Below are positions 1 through 12,239 of a stretch of DNA of 64,000 nt, one piece after another. The stretch covers positions 61,628,001 to 61,692,000 of the forward strand of contig CM060732.1 of the NCBI GenBank assembly GCA_030704615.1, given 5' to 3'. Made by a program: the position numbers and the translations under genes. Source of the DNA: Takakia lepidozioides. Taxonomy: Eukaryota; Plantae; Bryophyta. Below the pieces are notes generated by a model. The model was not told the origin of the DNA and made no database searches. It worked only from the letters and a program-made list of their open reading frames with translations. The number at the start of each line of letters is the position of its first letter. The stretch's first letter is position 1.

Positions 1-2802
1 ATATATGCTCGGCTTAGCGACAAGTGCTCCATACTCCGTTGGTATCACTGGCATAGCCCGTGACTGCTTTTGCGTTTCAACATGCAAATCATGCTGCAAT
101 GGTTTGTCATGGATACCACTGTACCCCTTCAACTTATTGGCATTGACTCTTCCCAGCATCTCTTTGTTAATGGTTTGTAACATGGCGGTGTTGTTATCAT
201 ACATCTTCTGTATGACATAAGGTCCTTTCCATGGTGATTTAAGCTTAGAAGCTTTAATCTTTCCTTTCTTCTGCAACCAAAGAACCAAATCTCCCATCTT
301 AAAAGTCTTTATTTTGCCTTCATTAAACTGTTCCTTTCTCTTCATCTGAATTCTGGTCATGTTATCAGCTGCATCAGCACGTACTTCTTCCACATGGTAT
401 AATTCATGTTTCCTGACCTTAATTGAATCTTGCAATTCCATTATCTTTCCCCATTCCGTTCTCATGGTAGGTAACAGGAATTCCACTGGAAGTAAAGCTT
501 CCATACCATAAACTAATTGGAATGGTGTATACTTAGTGGTGACTTTATATGAAGTCCTGTATGACCACAAAGCTGTCAGCAGCTTTGTATCCCAATCCGT
601 TCTGTTTGCATTGACTATCTTAGCCAAGATAGTACATAGTATTTTGTTGGTAGCCTCTGCCTGTCCATTACCCTGTGGGTAATATGTTGTACTTTTCTTA
701 TGCACAATCATGAACTCTTTAGTCAATAATTCAATGGTCTCATTAATGAAGTGACTTCCCTGATCACTGATAAATTCCAAGGGACAGCCAAATCGTGTAA
801 GTATGTTCTCATACAGGAACCTTGCTGTGGACTTGGCTGTGTTGTCCCTCAAAGCTTTAGCTTCCACCCACTTCGTAGTATAATCAGTGGATGTAATTAT
901 GTACCTGTTCTGTGTATTCTTGGCTGGTGGGTTAATTGGTCCAACAAAGTCTAGTCCCCATTTCTGAAATGGTTCTGTAGGCATTAAGGCCATCTTTCCA
1001 GATCTCTGCAAAGGTCCTAGCCTCTGACATTCATCACAACTCTGACAATACTTGTGTACATCTTTGAACAAAGTAGGCCACCAGTAACCTGCGAGTAGTA
1101 TCTTCCTACTGGTAGTCTCTTCTCCAAAATGACCTCCAGCCACTCCTTTATGATCTTCCTCCAAAACTTTATTTACTTCATGGTGGTACAAGCATCGTTT
1201 AAGTACTCCATCAGGTCCTAGCTTATACATTCTGCTTCCTACCATAGTATAAGGAAAAGCCTTGATAGCGATTCTCTTCCTCTGCTCCTTACCATAACTA
1301 GGTGGGCACTGACCATGAGTAAGGTAGTATCTGATTGGTCACTGCCAATCTAACCATTCATCTGCACTTCCTTGCACCTCCATTACAAATAAACTCGCAT
1401 CAGGTAACTGATCGTCTACTCCTGTGGCGGCCTCTCCTGTTGTTAGTCGTGACAAATGATCTGCCACAAGATGCAAACGGCCAGGCTTGTAAACAACTTC
1501 GAACTCAAACTCATGCAAGATTATTAACCACCTCGCTATCCTTCCACTTATCAAAGGTTTGTTCACCAGATATATCAGAGCCTGGTGATCCACATAAAAC
1601 ATAAACTTTCTTCCCAATAGGTAATGCCTGAATTTCTTGACTGCATAAATCATTGCCAGTGCTTCTCTTTCAGTTGTGCTATAGTTCCTTTCAGCACTGT
1701 TCATCAATGTGCTAGCATAGTACACAGGTGAATCTATATTTCCTGTAACATTCTGGGCTAACACCGCTCCCAACGCTTCTCCTGAGGCATCACAGTGAAC
1801 ATGAAATACTACATGCCAGTGAGGGTTAATCAGCACAGGTGTAGTTGTTACTGACAATGTAAGTTCCTCAAAAGCCTGTTGACATTCAGCTGTCCATGCA
1901 AATACTGCATCTTTCTTCAGAAGCTTGCTCAATGGTGCTGCTATTTGTGCATACCTTTTGACAAATCTTCTGTAATAATTGGTTTGCCTAAGGAATATCC
2001 TTAGACTCTTAACATTTGTTGGTGGTGGAGAGGCTTTAATGGCCTCTGTCTTCCTAGGATCCACAAGAAGTCCCCTCTTACACACAATGTGTCCCAGAAG
2101 CACGTCTGAGTTCACACAGAAAGTACATTTATCTGGATTCAGGCCGAGACCTCTCATTCTGCATCTGGCCAGCCATAACTCCAATTTATGCAAGTGCTCA
2201 TTCTTAGAGCTGTACACACTGAAATCATCCAAGAACACCTGCATGAAATCATCCAGATACTCATGAAAAGATTCACTTATCACTCTCTGAAGGTTGCTGG
2301 TGCATTACAAAGTCCAAAGGGCATGACTTTGTATGCATAAGCACCCCAGTCTGTGATGAAAGCTGTCTTTCCTTGGTCTTCTTCTGCCACTTGCACTTGA
2401 TTATAACCACTGAAGCCATCCATGAATGAGTACATCTCATGGCCTGCCACAGTGTCCAATACTGCTTCTGTGAATGGCAAAGGGAAAGGATCTTTCTTCG
2501 TACAAGCATTCAGCTTCTTGCACACAAACTCTTAGTTTACCATTCTTCTTGGGAACTATCACAATGGGTGACAACCAAGTTGTATACACTATTGGGTATA
2601 TAAACTTAGCCTCAGCCAACTTCTTGATCTCTTCTCCAACCTTCTGTGCGTAGTTGGGATTCATTCTGTACCTTGCCTGCTTGATTGGTACTGACCCTGG
2701 TTCCAGTTCAATCTTATGCTGACAAATTTCAGGTGGTATCCCTTTTAGATCCTCATAGGTCCAAGCAAATACATCTCTGTATTTGATGAACAAACTCTTA
2801 GC
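1..2802 (-). pseudogene. pol of copy A (RT, RNase H, integrase), frameshifted; protease deleted
   Basis: RT motifs DGFSGYNQ, MPFGLCNAPATF, FLDD; RNase H DASGEALGAVL and NYSTTEREALA; integrase collinear with copy B; several small deletions split the frame. Confidence 0.95.
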
Positions 2803-2816
2803 ATAGTAACATAGTA

Positions 2817-4724
2817 ACAATAGTAACATAGTTCTTCACCATTGGGTCCTCGCCCTTGGTCTGCTCTTGGATTATTTCTGTAATCCAGATTCCCGGGCTG
2901 GTAATTCCCCCTTGGATTACCCTGATAGTTGCCTCTGGAATTTCCTTGGTAATTCCCTCTTGAATTACCTCTCCCTTCCATGCCATTGTTATAACCACCA
3001 GGCCTACCATAGTGGTCCTGATCACTGTTTCTTCTTGGCTGGGGCTGCACTTGATGCACCCTTACTTGCCTAGGTTCTCTAGCTGTTGTCCTTCTGTTGT
3101 AGTAACAATTCTCAGTAGAATGGTTATCCATTTTACAGATAGTACAGTGTTTCTCCTTCATGTGGCATTCAGTGGTGGTATGGCCTTCATTCTGGCACTT
3201 TGCACACCAAACACCCTTCCTCCAATGTGTTGCAGCCTCTCTGGCATACTTCTTCAAGATTTCTTCTAATCTTTTCTCATAGTTATCCCTCTTCAACTTC
3301 TCCTTTCTCTTACTATTCCTTTTCAGTTCTTGCTCTTCTTCTTCATCTGACTCATCCTCAGAGTCCTCATCATCCCTTTTCTCTCTCCTGAGCATTCCCA
3401 ATTGCTCAATTCTGTTTGCAGTTTCAAATGCCTCCTCCACTGTATTATGGGATAACATATCCACTTTCTTCTGCAACTCTGATCTTAGTCCACTCACAAA
3501 CCAAGTCTTTTGTAAACCTGGTGCTGGTACAGCAGCCAGCTTTTTCATCATCAATTCCATCTTTTCCATATACTCCTCAACAGTTTCATGCTTCTTTTGC
3601 TTTAACTGTTGTAAACTTCCATACACTTCATCCTCAGTTTTACTTGTCCTGAACCTATTTCGGAATGTTGTATTCAAGCCATTCCAGGTTAGGAAATGAT
3701 TATCAAGGAATCTCGCATACCATTCACTTGCTTTCTTGATAAGTGAACAAGGAAACAATCTCATCTTGGCATCATCGCCATTCTCATTGTTCACTATACA
3801 CATGTGCTCAAATTGGCTAATGTGTACATCGGGATCCCCTTTTCCTGAATATATTGGAAAAGGTGGTTTTGCCCGTGTTGGTTGTAACGCCATCTGTGGC
3901 CCTACATTCTGCCCACTGACAGGTGCTTGCACCCTTGCTGGTGCTGGTCCTTCAAGACCTGTTGTTGTTGTGGTGGATCTTCCACCAAGTGGTGGCCCTT
4001 GAGCACTCCCTGCTACTGGCCCCACGATATTCACAGTATTCCCAGCTCCAGTTGCACTACTTCTCACACTCCCTGTCCCCCCAGAGCCAGATCCAGGCAG
4101 CCCGCCTGATCCCCCTGAGCCGACACCTTCGTTGGCCTGTGATCCAAGTGCTCCACTTATTCCAGGTCCAACGGGTTGGGATGTCCTGGTTGTAGTCTCA
4201 ACCTCAGCTGTTGGGTCTACTTCTTCATACTCTTCCTCTTCCAATTTCTTCTCTCTATTTTCATCCTCCAAGTTCTGCCCTTGGGTTTCTTCTTCACTCA
4301 TGTAACTCAACTGCAATGGTGTTGGAGAGTCTCAACTCTCCGTTGGCTTTGCCACATCCTCTCCTCCTTCTTCACCTTCCGCTTCAAAAACTGGAGTTCC
4401 TGCTTTTGGTGTTCCATGCCAACTCTTATCAAAGATTTCTGTCAAATCTTTTATCCAGGGATGTACCTCAGATCTTTCACCTCGTGATTGATCTTCTTCT
4501 TGTACCAATTCCCTTAATCTTTCTTGCAAGGAAAAAGAAGGAGTGGCATCCAAGTCTAGTTGTTCCGGTATGGGTGATGTACTCTTTGATCTTAATGGTG
4601 TGAGAGGTCCAGATGATTCCCCTATGTCTATTCCTCTCTCCCAAAGATATGGATAATTAGCTTTCAGATAGCTTTCTCTTTTTGCTGAATATCTCTGGCG
4701 TCTAGCTTCTCTTTCATCACTCAT
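2817..4724 (-). pseudogene. gag of copy A with long acidic/Gly-rich N-terminal extension
   Basis: ORFs 4332-4724 and 2745-4316 join into one frame when compared with copy B; retrotransposon gag core (DPDVHISQF..LFPCSL..WY), two CX2CX4HX4C knuckles, NYQGNSRG repeats. Confidence 0.9.
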
Positions 4725-4745
4725 GTCCCATGTCTTTCATTTCTT

Positions 4746-5441
4746 TTAATGTGGCAATAACCAAAACTCTCTTCTGTAATATCTCTCGTATATGCCTGGG
4801 TTTCTTTCAAGCTTCAATGCACCCTTGGCTATACTAGAAGTCTCCGTTACCATATAACCATAGGGCAAACAAGTCTGGAAAGCTATTCTTGGTGTGAGTT
4901 TGATCCACAAAATATCCTTTGGAATCCAATTCTTTACCAGTACAAGCTCTTCATGCATATGAGTATAAACATTCACCTTTCTTTCCTCCCAGCCTTCAAA
5001 CTCTACTCGCTTAATGGATAGCAATGCTATCACATAAACCAGTGTTGGTAACCAACGTGCTCTTCCTCTACATGCCACCTGATAAATCTTTATCACTCCT
5101 TTCTCCAGACCCCATTCAGGGTCAGCATCATGCACTCTCTTAAGAATGTTTTCTTTACAACCATCTGGCAATTCCAAGAACCTCTGAAAGAATCGTTTGG
5201 ACAATCTTTCCTTCTCAGTTTCACAAGGAATTTGATTCACATCAAATTCTTTAATTCTCCAACCACCATGATCCCACCAGATGCCTGTCACATCTGGTTG
5301 TTCATGACCCAGTTCCCCAGTATGGTCGCCAACTGTCGCGCGGCTTTTACTCACCCATCCCTTCGCTATCCGAGGCGGAAACTCCAAGATAGAAGAGTTG
5401 GAAATCTCTAAGCACTCAGCCCGCTCAGAACAATCAGTCAT
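4746..5441 (-). CDS. Extra ORF0 (231 aa, unknown function) upstream of gag, starting inside the LTR
   Basis: Intact ORF; conserved in copy B (50698-51388, frameshifted there); ATG at 5441 lies within LTR 5334-6296. Confidence 0.7.
   Translation of the reverse strand: MTDCSERAECLEISNSSILEFPPRIAKGWVSKSRATVGDHTGELGHEQPDVTGIWWDHGGWRIKEFDVNQIPCETEKERLSKRFFQRFLELPDGCKENILKRVHDADPEWGLEKGVIKIYQVACRGRARWLPTLVYVIALLSIKRVEFEGWEERKVNVYTHMHEELVLVKNWIPKDILWIKLTPRIAFQTCLPYGYMVTETSSIAKGALKLERNPGIYERYYRREFWLLPH
5314..5331 (-). promoter_or_regulatory. Primer binding site, tRNA-Arg-like
   Basis: TGGCGACCATACTGGGGA 2 nt after the LTR-terminal CA; similar to the TGGCGACTCCACTGGGGA tRNA-Arg PBS type of plant non-chromoviruses. 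Confidence 0.8.
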
Positions 5442-6296
5442 GACCTACAGCTAGTGTATCATTGGGGTGTTTCCTATTTGTTTTCCTTCCCGCATTCATG
5501 TTAGCTAGTTACCTTACTGTTGGTAATTAAGTATCAGTTTGCTTCAGCAATCTATCGGATTCCATCAACTCATCCATTCATTCCACAGCTTCACTCAGAT
5601 CTCTCTACACAGTATGAGTATGAAGTATGTATCAGATTAATATCTATCAAGTATCAGGCTGAAGCCATGGAGTCTCTAATCTGCTCTACATTACAACTCT
5701 TCTGCTTGCATTCATCAAGCATCAACAGATCGTCCTCCTCCTACTCCGTGCTCTCCCTCTTTCTGCTCAGAGATGCGCTCTCTGCCTCATTTCCCCCCAG
5801 TGATGTCCGAAGTCCCCCCAAGAAGTCATCATTTTCCAGTCCTTGCTCCCGGCTTTATCTTCCTACCCGTTGTTCTAACCGTTTCCCTCACTAACCGTCA
5901 TCCGTGAACTAACATGTTCCATTCGCAAATGTTGTTCCCCACAATCGTTCCCTGTCCTGCTATCCGTTCCCTATGGTCGTGACAGCTGTGTCAAGCTATG
6001 AATGGCTGTGTGACTGTGTTGGGCTGTGACGGATGTGTCGGCTTTATCGGACTGTGACGGGCTGTGTGGGACTGTGACGAGCTGTGTTGGCTGTGACGGG
6101 CTGTGTCGGACTGTGACGGGCTGTGTTGGCTGTGACGAGCTGTGTCGGGCTGTGTTGGCTGTGACGGGCTGTGTAACCCCCCCCTAAAGTGCGCTGCTGT
6201 CACCCCTAAGGCTCCTGTTGGTCTCAGTCTGTGCAAAAATTAAGGGTACCCCACAGATCCCGTAAAAGTGCCTAAGTCTCAGACAGTCCTCTAACA
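5334..6296 (-). repeat. 5' LTR of copy A (about 963 bp) with internal (GT)CACAGCC tandem array at about 5985-6175
   Basis: TG...CA termini; homologous to LTRs 49928-50804 and 61984-62937. Confidence 0.92.
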
Positions 6297-7511
6297 CCAG
6301 CACCAGCAAGGGTGCCAACACCTGTCAGTGGGCAGAAGGAAGGGCCACAGATGGCGTTACAACCAACACGGGCAAAACCTCTTTTTTCCAATATATTCAC
6401 GAAAAGGGGATCCCGATGTACACATTAGCCAATTTGAGCACATGTGTATAGTGAACAGTGAGAATGGCGATGATGCCAAGATGAGATTGTTTCCTTGTTC
6501 ACTTATCAAGAAAACAAGTGAATGGTATGCAAGATTCCCTGATAATCATTTCCTAACCTGGAATGGCTTGAATACAACATTCCGAAATAGGTTCAGGACA
6601 AGTAAAACTGAGAATGAAGTGTATGGAAGTTTACAACAGTTAAAGCAAAAGAAGCATGAAACTGTTGAGGAGTATATGGAAAAGATGGAATTGATGATGA
6701 AAAAGCTGGCTGCTGTACCAGCACCAGGTTTACAAAAGACTTGGTTTGTGAGTGGACTAAGACCAGAGTTGCAGAAGAAAGTGGATATGTTACCCCATAA
6801 TACAGTGGAGGAGGCATTTGAAATTGCAAACAGAATTGAGCAATTGAGAATGCTCAGGAGAGAGAAAAGGGATGATGAGGACTCTGAGGATGAGTCAGAT
6901 GAAGAAGAAGAGCAAGAACTGAAAAGGAATAGTAAGAGAAAGGAGAAGTTGAAGAGGGATAACTATGAGAAAAGATTAGAAGAAATCTTGAAGAAGTATG
7001 CCAGAGAGGCTGCAACACATTGGAGGAAGGGTGTTTGGTGTGTAAAGTGCCAGAATGAAGGCCATACCACCACTGAATGCCACATGAAGGAGAAACACTG
7101 TACTATCTGTAAAATGGATAACCATTCTACTGAGAATTGTTACTACAACAGAAGGACAACAGCTAGAGAACCTAGGCAAGTAAGGGTGCATCAAGTGCAG
7201 CCCCAGCCAAGAAGAAACAGTGATCAGGACCACTATGGTAGGCCTGGTGGTTATAACAATGGCATGGAAGGGAGAGGTAATTCAAGAGGGAATTACCAAG
7301 GGAATTCCAGAGGCAACTATCAGGGTAATCCAAGGGGGAATTACCAGCTAGGGAATCAGGATTACAAAAATAATCCAAGAGCAGACCAAGGGCGAGGACC
7401 CAATGGTGAAGAACTGTGTTACTATTGTAATCAACTAGGACATCGCAAGGCAGCCTGTTCATTCTGGATTAGACACCAGAATGAGATGAGAGCTCCTGTG
7501 AATGAAGGCCC
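6297..7511 (+). pseudogene. gag fragment of a third copy (C) of the same Gypsy family, cut at its 5' side by copy A and truncated at its 3' side
   Basis: Sequence immediately after the LTR terminus matches copy B gag from about 52185 (ccagcaccagcaagggtgcc) to about 53394 (aatgaaggccc). Confidence 0.92.
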
Positions 7512-7577
7512 TGCCCCCACCACAGGGGCAGCCCCTCATGTGTCCCGACCCCCTGCCCTCAAGGCAAAGGGCCGCGA

Positions 7578-10500
7578 CATCACACATGTATTCGCTCTTG
7601 CAAATAGCCGTAAAAAAAATCCAAACGATTTATGACGATCTATATTCCGGACATTCAGTCCACAAGAGCTGGAAATTGTTAATTCGATGTTTGAACACAA
7701 TTGGATCCCAACAAGAGATATCGGCAACAAGGGCAGTCAGTTACCTGATGAAATATCCAGACCATTTGACAGACCACCAATTTGCATATTTGCCGTGGTA
7801 TAGTTTATCGGCATGGATCCGTGAACAAGAACAATTTCGATCGAACGAAGATGGAAACAACGATTTGAACAACACACCTGACGATAACGACCCCGAAAAC
7901 ACCTTCGAAATGTTCAAAGTCGAAAGATCCGAACAGAATGATAAGTTGATTATGTATAATTTTCACATCGACTACCAGAGCAGGCCACACAAGTTCGGGG
8001 AAATGTCACCTTACGAGTTATGCAGCAAATCGTGCAAGGTGAAAAACCCGTACTATTACAAATTCATGCATGAACATCCGCAAAGTGACACCCACAGTGT
8101 ATACGAATCCCAGGTAACCAAAGTGCCAGTAATACAAAGTTACAAAATACCTTAAAAAAAAAATGATGCGACAACGTACGCTCGCGCTATTTATATTCTA
8201 TTCATGCCATGGAGATCCATCCACGACTTAAAGCTAAGATCACAACAAAGTTGGGAAGACACTCTCGACGAACTATATCCAATATGTTCGGAATTCAACA
8301 GGAAAATCATCACAAATATCGACATGCTCCACGAATGCAAAGAATCACGAGACTCCGACAGACTGTTACTGAATAACGAAAATCCAGATTTTGATGAGAT
8401 TCCAGAAGACATCAACATCGACCCCTTATACAATGAGATGCCAGACAAAATGCACGATGACGATGACGACGATATATATGTGGACGACAATTCAGCGTCG
8501 CAACAACATACAGAAGACATAGTCACAAAAAGCCAGAAATTACAAATCGAATATCTCATGTGCAATACAAGCGAAAATCAATATGTGACCGAGGTTACCA
8601 ACAAGCTCGTTACGGATGCCAACGGAAAAATATCACCACAACACCATACCGCACCAAAAATAGGAATGATCCAAACTGAAACAAAAAAATCAAATAGAAC
8701 CCAAATCAATAAATGGTTGAAAACATTAGGCGAATCCAAAAATCCGCCCACCGGCATTGACAACGACCTGTACAAGTTTGCAAATGCAACTCAGTCATCC
8801 AAAAACATTAACCTCCAACACAAAAATCCAGAATTGAGAGAAATTCCAAAAACCGAATCAATGGATATTACAGATGACAATAGGCAAGAGCCTATGAGAA
8901 AACTACATACGGCCTAACACAATCATATTGACCCAGCAAATGAGACAAGCCCATGATCTACAATATGCGAAATTGCTACAGAATCTACGTGAAGACAACT
9001 TCATCCAAACGGATTTCGAATTATTACAGACAAGATTCATGTCGAACATGAAAATCAACCTCTTCAACGAACCATGGGATAAAGCAACGTACATTGTACC
9101 TCGAAACCAATTAAAGAACGCCATCAATCACCAAATGATAGAATACTACACACGTAAATCTAACCACGCATCCTACACCTACAAGAAGCACGCACTCCGC
9201 GACGAGTTCCAATTTGCAATCCGACAGACTGTACCCGGGAATAGAAGCCACAACCTTCTTCCATTTTTGAGATTGTACAAGGAAATGACAGTCATGCTAA
9301 CCGACAATTTGTATCCTAGATTGGGGCTTGTAAACGGTGCAGTCGGACAAATAGTGGGGATCTCAACAACAGAAGACGATTGGATCGTACGGGAAGATAT
9401 TTTAATGCACCCGCCAAATCACGTATTAATCGACTTTGGGGAATTCATCAGTCAACACCAAACATTGAGTAGCATAAATTTAGAAAATCTCCCAGAAAAC
9501 GTAGTGCCCATCACACCCGTTTCAAGAACGTTCGATTATCACCACATGGAGGATGAACTGAAAAAACCAAAGAAATTCAAAATCAGCAGACGTCAATTGC
9601 CTCTGATACCCGCATACTGCCTAATCGACTACAAAGGCCAAGGCAAAACTTTCGACATGATAATCATCGACTTGCAAAAACCACCAGATGGACACCCCTT
9701 GAACTTGCACAACATTTACGTCACACTGTCTCGTTTGCGTTCCCTACAAGGACTAGTAATACTTCGGGACATTAAGTTCGAAGACATCCAAGGAGCCAAA
9801 TTCAGGACAGGCTCACTAGAGTTCATGGCTCCACAAGCCGATTGTAATGTCCAAAAACAAAAATCACATAAGGCCACGAAACACATCAGCACAGTGAATA
9901 CAAACCTTGCCGCCAAAACACTCCAACCAAGACACACGTACAGAGAAATAAAAATGCCAACCAATTCTGAAGCCGAACATCCCACACCGATAGAATCAAA
10001 TGAAATCCAAACTTGCTCAGAATTAGCTCCCACACCGCTCGAAATCATAGAAATCGATTCCGAAGACGAACAATCCGACACAGAAAACACAGATTTGCGC
10101 CAAGAAACATATTGGCACGAATATCTCCTATTGACAACGCACGACGAACAAATCATCTTGGATGGCAATGGATGGTTGTGTGACCAGCATTTGGCGGCCG
10201 GGATGCAAATACTATTTGATCAGGAACTGGAAACACAAAACTACCAGCAACATGCGTATTCGACTCTATTGGGCAGAACGAAATACACCAAGAAGTGTTT
10301 GCAGCACGTGTTCGTCAACAACAACCATTGGATTCTAACAATGATAAATCCGAACAAAACTAATTGTCAATGTACAGTGTTTGATTCCAGCATGCCCACG
10401 GATAAGAAGCTACCGAACGAAATAGAACAACATCTCGCGAAATTAATCCCAGTCCCACAATTCAATTATTTCTATGCCGATGTCATGCAACAGACTGACG

Positions 10501-10655
10501 GTTCATCTTGTGGTGTATTTGCAATAGCTTATGCCACGGATATAACATTCGGATTAAATCCCGCACATTCCCGATACGCAACATCCACCATGAGAACCCA
10601 CTTGAGAGATTGCATAAACAATCGAAGAATTGAGCCATTTCCAAAACAACATTAA
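7578..10655 (+). pseudogene. Helitron RepHel remnant: post-Rep region, PIF1-like helicase C-half, C-terminal Ulp1/C48-like cysteine protease
   Basis: QQEISATRAVSYL..PDHLTDHQF (post-Rep motif); LTQQMRQ, RQLPLIPAYCLIDYKGQGKT, IYVTLSRLRSL (PIF1 motifs IV-VI); WLCDQHL..HWI..FDS..QQTDGSSCGVFAIAYA (C48 His-Asp-Gln-Cys). Walker A/B region is absent near 8917. Confidence 0.88.
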
Positions 10656-11024
10656 ATTTAAAATGGTGTAGTGTGCGTGGGATCCAGCCCAATGTTGGGA
10701 ATGCCATAGGTGTGTGCGTTGGTATTTGTTGTTTCCTTCGAGGCTCAGAGTCGGGATGCTATGGAGGGCTTGGGTTTCGTTTCTCGGGGGGGGGGGGGGG
10801 GTGTGTCTGCATACCGGGCAGAAAAGGGGGTTCAAATCCCCCTCACTTCTTGGGCATAGATAGGGGTATGCCTATAACGGTTATACTTTTGCATTGTTCC
10901 TCATGTTTTCTGCATAGTATATATTTCCAATAATGAAAAGAAACACTGTATGCGTGGGGATGACCAATTGAACGTAGTTCTGAGAATTTGTCGCTAGTAG
11001 TGCGGAGCAACGCGAAGCCCTAGT
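7578..11024 (+). mobile_element. Helitron-like (Helentron/HLE2-type) element unit 1, 5'-truncated derivative of an autonomous element
   Basis: RepHel coding remnants followed by a subterminal region and a 3' end (GTCGCTAG + hairpins + CTAG|TT) shared with units 2-4. Confidence 0.85.
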
Positions 11025-11053
11025 TCTAGCGACGACCGAAGGTCGGAAGCTAG
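10990..11053 (+). repeat. Head-to-tail junction 1: 3' end (subTIR + twin mini-hairpins + CTAG), TT, 5' end (subTIR + hairpin)
   Basis: gtcgctag tagtGCGGAGCaacGCGAAGCcctag tt ctagcgacgaccgaaggtcggaagctag; the same string recurs at 17680-17744 and inverted at 41492-41555. Confidence 0.85.
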
Positions 11054-12239
11054 TTTAGAGTAGAGCAGGTATAGGGTGCCATAGTGCCATGTCATCATCG
11101 CCACATCATCGTAGCCAGGTCATCGTCGTCGTCAATTTCTTTGGAATCTACCCGGACGGCCCGCATGAAATATGCCAATAGAAATCGCCGCGCCAACGTC
11201 TTTGGAACTGCCCGCAATGCCCGGATCTTGATCTTCTTGAACTGCAGGAGCTTTGCATTTTCCACCATCGTTCACCTTGCAAGCACAGGCATGGAAAGCT
11301 TGAAGGAGCAGGGATCAAGTGTGTGTCCAGATTCATCCAAAAAGGCCGGATTTCAAGCTCCAGATTACCTATGATTCGAAAAGACAACAAATGGGGAGGA
11401 GTTTCTTGCAGACGGAATCGGAAGCTTTCACTCGTGATTGGGTGGGAAAGAAGAAAAGTGCAGCTTAGATTACACCTTACTTCCTTGTTTTAGACCTGCA
11501 CAGTGAGTCTCCATGATTGATTTTCCATGAGCACGAAGGGTATGTCAGGTTGTGTCTGGTTGCAAAAGTCCCACATCTGCTTGAAGCTAAACCCAAGTTT
11601 CAAACCTAATCTTAGATTGACTAGATTGTAATTGTTGTCTGTCCGCCATAATCTCCCTGCAACGAGTGTTCACTGGAAACAATAAATGCAAACTGTGAGT
11701 CTGACATTCAAAGCTGAAGGTTGCTCTTTTTCCATGTTTCAGCCTTCTTGGTCATTATTTTTGTGACCATTGTTTTGTTAAACGTGGTGATAATGAAAGA
11801 GGGGAGTGCCCATAGACCTGAGCATGAGCCCTTTAAGCAACTTGAAGAAGGAATAGCACTTTCTGTCCCAGCAAATTGAGCTCTCTTTCTGTTTTTGCCT
11901 ATAGATCCATCCTCATCAAAGGCATTCAATTGAACAATTTGCCTGATTTTGGTGATATCAGGTTGCAGGTTGTTGGATCCCAGCAAAATTCCATATCCAG
12001 GAGCAATGGTGCCATTGGGACTGGGCAGATGGGTAGCACACCCAGCGTGAGCAAGAGTGAAATCCAATTTTGGATGTTGCTTGAATGCAGTTATGGGACT
12101 GAGGTGAGTGGGCGGGCTGGTGATCAGAAGCGCAAATTGTCAGACATGCTTGGACCTCCCTGTAGCAAAGAGGACCTAGAGCTCTTCTATCAAGCATTTT
12201 CGGAAATATGGCAGAGACTGGAAAAAGGTATCTTATGAC

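Larger units (their letters stand above)
1..6296 (-). mobile_element. Ty3/Gypsy LTR retrotransposon copy A (non-chromovirus, Athila/Phygy/Selgy-like), internally deleted; 3' part runs off the window
   Basis: Minus-strand order LTR-PBS-ORF0-gag-RT-RNaseH-integrase; highly similar to copy B at 49928-57500; LTR begins TGTTAGAGG at 6296 and ends GCGACA at 5334. Confidence 0.95.

Noticed and set aside
5985-6175. CRISPR-like array, or coding ORFs 5991-6236, 49974-50177, 62044-62301
   Set aside because: Short degenerate tandem repeats inside LTRs, with no unique spacers and no cas genes; the ORFs are by-products of low complexity.
11037-11054. Canonical Helitron 3' end (hairpin + CTAG|T) at 11053
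   Set aside because: Sequence downstream is conserved in three copies and the lone terminus at 26681 stops before this hairpin, so it is better read as the 5' end of the next unit.
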